Below are positions 58,062 through 64,000 of a stretch of 64,000 bases of DNA, piece after piece. The position numbers and the translations under genes were made by a program. The stretch is from Octopus sinensis (lineage: Eukaryota). The notes beneath the pieces were generated by a model. That model ran no database searches. It was not told where the DNA came from and saw only the letters and a program-made list of their open reading frames with translations. Where the stretch lies: contig NC_043005.1 in assembly GCF_006345805.1 (NCBI RefSeq), positions 67,952,001 to 68,016,000 of the forward strand, read 5' to 3'. The first letter of the stretch is position 1. Each line of letters opens with the position of its first letter.

Positions 58062-58740
58062 ATCATCATCATCATCATTATTTAATGTTTGTTGTCCATG
58101 TTGGGATAGGGTGGATGGTTGGACCAGGGCTGGCAAGCTGGGCAGCTGCACCATACTCCAGTCTGTTTTGGCATGGTTTCTATGGTTGTATGTCCTTCCT
58201 AATGCCAGCCATTTTACAGAGTGTGGGTGCTTTTATGTGGTGTCACATGCACACTTTTACATAGCACTCCATGGGTACTTTTTATGTGGCACTGCTGCAC
58301 AGGTACTTTTACATGGCACCACCTCAAGAGATTGGTCTAAGCACTTCAGCTGTATGGTACAGGTCTTCTTGAGAATGGCCAGGTATCTCAGTCCTTTGTC
58401 ATCTCGCCTGAAAGGCTCACCTTCCTGAGGTCACTCTTCAGCACTTCATCCCATGTCTTCCTGGGTCTCCCACTTCCACCTGTTCCATCCACCTTGAGAG
58501 ACTAGCACTTCTTTATGGAGCTGTCAGCGTCCATCCACATCGCATGACCAAACCAGCACAGTCTTCTCTCTTGCACACAGCAACCAATTCCTCTTATACC
58601 TAACATCTCTCTCAGAACACTGGCACTCTGTCAAACATGTACACTTACATTACACATCCAGCGGAGGATACGTGTCTCATTCCTTTCTAACCTTTGCATG
58701 CCCTCTGCATTCTGGGCCCACATCTCACTACCAGTTGCCC
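58062..58740 (-). mobile_element. RTE-type LINE ORF C-terminus (58330-58740) adjoining SINE-D-like sequence ending in (GAT)n (58062-58330)
   Basis: RLERNETRILRWMCNVSVHV..RLCWFGHAMWMD..GSGRPRKTWDEVLKSDL matches the RTE C-terminal region. Confidence 0.75.
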
Positions 58741-59751
58741 TGAAATATACCTGTTGATAGCTTAAAGGTTTTGTATTAATAGTTGTCAGTAATAAATGTG
58801 TGGACCATGTGGTCAGTCTTTCAATGGCATTCACTATAGCAACTGTTACTTTGGCCAGGTGTAGTAACTCTTTCATGCTAGGTATGTCGCAGTGTAATTA
58901 TCATCACCATTTCTTCATCACTGTTTAAAGTCTACCCTCCATGCTAGCCTGCACCAGACTTCTGTGACTGTTTTAGCAGGAATTTTACAGCTGGTGTTAG
59001 AACAGGCATCCAGGTGTAAAAATCCTGCCAAAACAGTCACAGAAATCTGGTGCAGGTTTCTGCCTGGCCATCTCTTGTGAAACCGTCCCACCTATGCTAG
59101 TATGAATGGTGGACATTAAACGGTGATGATTACACTCTGACACATCTAGCATCATCTCATGGTACACCAATGTGATAAACTCACAAGCATACTGGTTGCA
59201 GTGCACTGGTCTAGAATAGTGCTCCGCAACCTTTCTGCAATTGCAGTACACTTATAAAGGTTACCACTATAGACACAAATCTCTTTCCTGTTGTAAAGAA
59301 TGCTATGCTGTCTCCTATATGTCTTTCCCAAATTTCTTCTGTTTCTTCCTGTGGCGCGTGTTCAATTCTTCTGCTTTATTCGAAAATGTTCTGAATATGA
59401 CCGTCTTCATTTCCATTTTCGCTTTTTCCCCCCTCTGGCAGGGTCATTTTTATATTTGACTCTTCCTTCTCTACCATGCTACTATATTTCTTTATCAGTT
59501 CTCTATTCCACTGTAACATCTCCTGTTTCAGCACACTTGGGTCTAGGGGAACTCGGCCTCCAATAGCTTCTGCATAACTTCTCATTTTTCTCAATTATTC
59601 ACTACCACCCAACAATGGTGGTTTCACATAAAAAAATTCGGCTAGAGTTCTTCAAAAAATCAACAACAAAAAGTGGCTTGGTAGCTGTCGATGCCTATCT
59701 ACCTTTGAAAACATATATATTTCAAGTGAAATACATTCATTGATTTTTAAA

Positions 59752-60116
59752 AATAGAAATAATACATTTCTATATCTCTCAGAGAGATTTATGCAGTAGC
59801 AGCATGATAAAGTGATAGTATGTTGTCAACTTAATGTGACATACAGTCTGATGATGAGCAATGAGTCTGAAACTGGCTTTGCTGGGTGGAGGTGCTTGTC
59901 TCCACTTTGAAAATATAATGACACAAGAAATGTGTCAAGTCCAACAGGAAATTATGTTTCTTAGGGCTAAATAACAGTAGCATTCTTCCCTTTCATGGGA
60001 CTGTCACATGAAGTTGACAACATATCACTTTATCGTGCTGCTACTTTATCATGCTGAGAGATTTAGAAATGTTCCTAAATCTCTGAGAGAGATTTAGGAA
60101 CGTATTATTTCTATAG
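59752..60116. mobile_element. MITE with ~90-bp imperfect inverted arms
   Basis: GTAGCAGCATGATAAAGTGATA..GTTGTCAACTTAATGTGACA at ~59795-59840 is inverted at ~60000-60045; the ends TAGAAATAATAC / GTATTATTTCTA are complementary. Confidence 0.65.
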
Positions 60117-60131
60117 GGTTGATTTGTTTAA

Positions 60132-60352
60132 CCCTTTAGCATTTAAACCGGCCATATCCAGCCAAAAGTATTCTGCCTGTTTTATGTTCAAACTGGCCAG
60201 ATCTGGTCTCTCACACCAACCCTACAATATTGTTTTAAAAAGTAACAGCTACCTCATCAAAATCTCATAGCTACAAGATAATGCAGGATTAGCTCAAAAC
60301 AATGTAGATGAAAAAGCATTAATTTTGGCAGAATAATGCAAACACTAAAGGG
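60132..60352. mobile_element. piggyBac-type MITE
   Basis: TTAA|CCCTTTAG...CTAAAGGG|TTAA; related copies at ~62173-62345 and ~62905-63128. Confidence 0.8.
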
Positions 60353-60918
60353 TTAACTAAAACCCTTCAAGTCAGTACCCCAGCATAGCTGCTGTACAGT
60401 GACTGAAACAAGTAATTGATAATAGATAATAGAAGGTTTGATAGGTACATGTTAAAATATTAGTCAAACAGTAATACAAAGACTAGGATTCCTCTTTTGA
60501 GCCAAGAACTACTTTAGTCTTGATCAGTTGGTAAATCTCTGCAAAGTTCATGTAAGACCGATATTGAAGTACTGCTCACAAAATCTGTAGGCTAATATCA
60601 TTGCTGTACACACTGACACCTGGGCTCAAATCCAAAAGAAATCCGTCTGGCTGAGCAGCGAGAATTCTTACTGTATATTGCCTACAGTCAAACCCACTAA
60701 TCTTACCTATCTTTCCTCTATCACCTTTACTGTATCTCACTGCTGACACTCTGCACTGGTCACTTTAGTTAGTCCCTCAATTCTTCTTTTTGAGATTGCA
60801 GCCCTCTGAAATTTCATTCGGTACATCATTATCTATTGTGTTGTTCTTTTTTTAAGACAGTAAAATGTGATTTGAGGGAGATTTGGCTGTTTTTAGCAGG
60901 TTGAATGATTATATAGAG

Positions 60919-61157
60919 CAGTGGTTCTTCAACTATTTTTGCTTATGGACCTCTTTGATTCTTATTTTACTCCTATTGGGCTTCCGTAGCCATTTGATGT
61001 ACATAGGAAAAGACAAAATCCTACTTTTTTTTATAATGAAATACTATTAGGAATTATATTAAAAAAAAGTATTTTATGTATTGTAGAAGTACTATCAATT
61101 TATAGCCCATGAATTTTAACAATAAAATCTTACATGGACCCTGGTTGAGAACCACTA
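60919..61157. mobile_element. hAT-type MITE
   Basis: CAGTGGTTCTTCAAC / GTTGAGAACCACTA TIRs; degenerate 8-bp TSD ATATAGAG / ATGTGGAG. Confidence 0.75.
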
Positions 61158-61849
61158 ATGTGGAGGCTCATGGATGGGTGGAGTTCTTATGGCATGGACT
61201 CATGTGAAAGAAGTTTTGATTGTTCTCTTGGCAAACTGACTTAGCCATAAAGAGTATAGAACAAAAGTATGTGTCTTTTAATGTTGAGGTAACATAAAAT
61301 ATTGCCAGATGTTATATTGTTGATAAAAATAGACAAATGCTTTTTAGAGTTTTCCAAAATATTTAATGGTAGATCTCATGACTCAGAATCATATTAGAAT
61401 TTTTTTTCTTTTTTTTTTGCAATTTGATTCAAAAATTTGTTTTTCTTCAATTTGGAAGTTTTTTTAAATACAAAAGTAATCTTGAATGCATTTTTAAAAT
61501 AACACAAAAATACACCAGTAAAATATTGAAGATGGCCTAGCTTCTTAGAATGCAAAAAAGGAATTAAATATATTCCTTTTTTGCATTGTAAGAAGCTCTC
61601 CGTTTTCACTATTTTGCTATTTTTACTTTTTTTTTTATCTCAATGCTTCAAGCAAGCTCTAATGCTCTTCCAACACAAATATATATTGTATTCCTACATC
61701 ATGTAAACAGCTACTCTACTTTTCTAGAATTAATAGACTATTTTTAGTTGTGCAGAAACTGATAGACAACATGGGAACCTCTACACATCACATGCCCTGC
61801 ATAAAATAGGAGCCAAAAGTCCTTCAATATTACAGAAAGAACACATTAG

Positions 61850-62069
61850 ATAATCTTTTCTACTCTAGACACAAGGCCTGAAATTTTGATGGGAGGGAGC
61901 CAGTCGATTAGATTGACCCCAGTCTGCAACTGGTACTTAGTTTATCGACCCTGAAAGGATGAAAGGCAAAGTCAACATCGGCGGAATTTGAACTCAGAAC
62001 ATAAAGACAGACAAAATGCCTCTTAGCATTTCATCCAGCGTGCTAATGTTTCTGCCAGCTCGCCGCCTT
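61850..62069 (-). mobile_element. SINE family A monomer with the alternative tail
   Basis: Head GGCGGCGAGCTGGCAGAAAC plus tail ...GGCCTTGTGTCTAGAGTAGAAAAGATT. Confidence 0.82.
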
Positions 62070-62356
62070 TGGATAATGTGACCCTTATGTACTCTGTTCT
62101 AGAAAAATATGTGATGGTCAAGATTGGAATGCCTTTAATCGTTAAATCTCTTTGATTGAGGCCTAGCTTGCATTTAATCCTTTAGCATTGAAACTGGCCA
62201 TATCCAGCCAAAATATTGTACTTGTTTTATATTCAAACTGGTCAGATCTGGCTTCTCACACTCACCATACAATGTCCTTGTAAAAATAAACAATCACATC
62301 ATTGAAATCTTGAAGCTACAATATCATGCATGATTATTCCGTCAAATGTATAGCTT

Positions 62357-62755
62357 ATTTACTCTCTCTTTTACTCTTTCATTTGTTTCAGTCATTTGAC
62401 TGTGGCCATGCTGGAGCACCACTTTTAGTCAGGCAAATCGACCCCAGGTCTTATTGTTTGTAAGCCTAGTACTTATTCTATCGTTCTCATTTGCCGAACC
62501 ACTAAGTTATGGGGACGTAAACATACCAGCATCGGTTGTCAAGTGATGTTGGGGGGATAAACACAGACATACAAACACACACACACACACACGATGGGCT
62601 TCATCAGTTTCTATCTACCAAATCCATTCACAAGGCTTTGGTCGGTCCGAGGCTATAGTAGAAGACACTTGCCCAAGGTGCCACGCAGTGGGACTGAACA
62701 TGGAACTATGTGGTTCGTAAGCAAGCTACTTATCACACAGCCACTCCTACGCCTA
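62357..62755 (-). mobile_element. SINE family B
   Basis: Reverse complement of the consensus. Confidence 0.88.
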
Positions 62756-63304
62756 TAAAAAAAGTCATTTGAGGTTCCAGCAAGTTTTGAACTCACGACC
62801 GTCTGTGTGTTAAGCAGATGTGATAGCCACTACACCATGGAACCAGCTATATTAGCTTATTTATTCACATTGTTTTGAATTAATCTGAATGCTAAATCAT
62901 TAGAAATGCTTTAGCAATTAAACTGGCCATATCTGGCCAAAATAATCTACCTGTATTATCTTCTAACTGGCAAGATCCGGCCTCTCCCATTTACCCTACA
63001 ATATTATTCTATAAAAAACAATGGCATCATTTAAATCTCAAAGCTACAAAGTGAGGCATGACTAATTCATATCAATCTGAATAAACAAGCATTACATTTA
63101 ACAAAGAAATCTAAATACTGTAGGGTTAAACAGCTACAGACTTATTTGATTGCTGAATTTTAGTTAATGTACCAAAGTGTAAGCTTTGGGTTTCCATTTG
63201 CATTCTACTGATTTCTCATATCCACGATTAATCTGTATTAAAATACATAAAAACTGTTTTCCCAGTAACTATTTTCTTAATTTTTTTTCTATTTTTTTTT
63301 TCAG

Positions 63305-63352
63305 CCAAGAGAACAGATCAACTCTGATCAAAGATTGAAATATTTGTTTGAT
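63305..63352 (+). CDS. SF3A3: Splicing factor 3A subunit 3, coding exon 2 (48 nt)
   Basis: T-rich tract plus TCAG acceptor; PREQINSDQRLKYLFD matches human LRDQINSDHRTRAMQD; GTAAGT donor at 63353; phase 0, compatible with exon 1. Confidence 0.92.
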
Positions 63353-63365
63353 GTAAGTTAACATT

Positions 63366-63580
63366 TACTCTTTTACTCCTTTACTTGTTTCAGTCATTTG
63401 ACTGTGGCCATGCTGGAGCACTGCCTTTAGTCGAGCAAATCAACCACAGGACTTATTCTTTGTAAGCCTAATACTTATTCTATCGGTCTTTTGCTGAACC
63501 GCTAAGTTACGGGGACGTAAACACATCAGCATTGGTTGTCAAGCGATGTTGGGGGGACAAACACAGACACACAAACATAT

Positions 63581-63624
<44 letters not shown>

Positions 63625-63782
63625 GGCTTCTTTCAGTTTCCATCTACCAAATCCACTCACAAGGCTTTGGTCAGTCCAAGGCTATAGAAGACACTCGCCC
63701 AAGGTGCCACGCAGTGGGACTGAACCTGGAACCATGTGGTTGGTAAGCAATCTACTTACCACACAGCCACTCCTACGCCTAT
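63366..63782 (-). mobile_element. SINE family B, inserted 14 bp into SF3A3 intron 2
   Basis: Reverse complement of the consensus; its tail starts just after the exon 2 donor. Confidence 0.88.
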
Positions 63783-64000
63783 ATTTTCATTTTCATTCTG
63801 TTTTAATTTCATTGGTTTGTTGTATTGAAAGTTGGATCATTACTGTAATCCTGATTACCTAATGAATGAGGAACAAGCCATATCGCATCGCTAGTGCTAC
63901 AGAGTCTGTAATCAAAATATTTCATTCTCAACTAGCTGCTACTGCTGTCTTGTAATGTTAAGTCATCTCTAATCCAGCAGAGTTTTAAGAAACAGATAGT

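Overview
AT-rich, repeat-dense eukaryotic DNA. The SINE, microsatellite and transposon landscape looks like an octopus (coleoid cephalopod) genome; this is inferred from repeat families I recall, not verified. Host genes I can support: (1) the terminal coding exon of an AADAC/NCEH1-like (HSL-family) esterase, + strand 7620-8266, whose nucleophile motif reads GDEAG instead of GDSAG; (2) a single-ORF, divergent FEM-1-family ankyrin/TPR E3-ligase adaptor, + strand 21716-23488; (3) coding exons 1 and 2 of SF3A3, + strand 47821-47916 and 63305-63352, separated by a 15.4-kb intron; (4) an intact tRNA-Trp(CCA), - strand 47168-47239; (5) a tRNA-Met(CAT)-derived sequence with a canonical-position intron and a damaged 5' half, 2332-2440. 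The rest is mostly at least four SINE families, fossil LINEs (L1/Tx1-like, RTE, Penelope), mariner and Chapaev3-like transposase fossils, several MITE families (including a GGATC...GATCC family with 8-bp TSDs and internal CCCTAA tracts), two 34-bp minisatellites and many microsatellites. There is no CRISPR array or prokaryotic system. Best leads: the serine-less pseudoesterase, the intron-bearing tRNA-Met-like locus, the FEM-1 paralog with a changed degron pocket, a possible HDV-like ribozyme remnant in an RTE 5' UTR, and a pre-miRNA-sized hairpin. All alignments and folds were done by eye; repeat boundaries are approximate unless a TSD or TIR is quoted.
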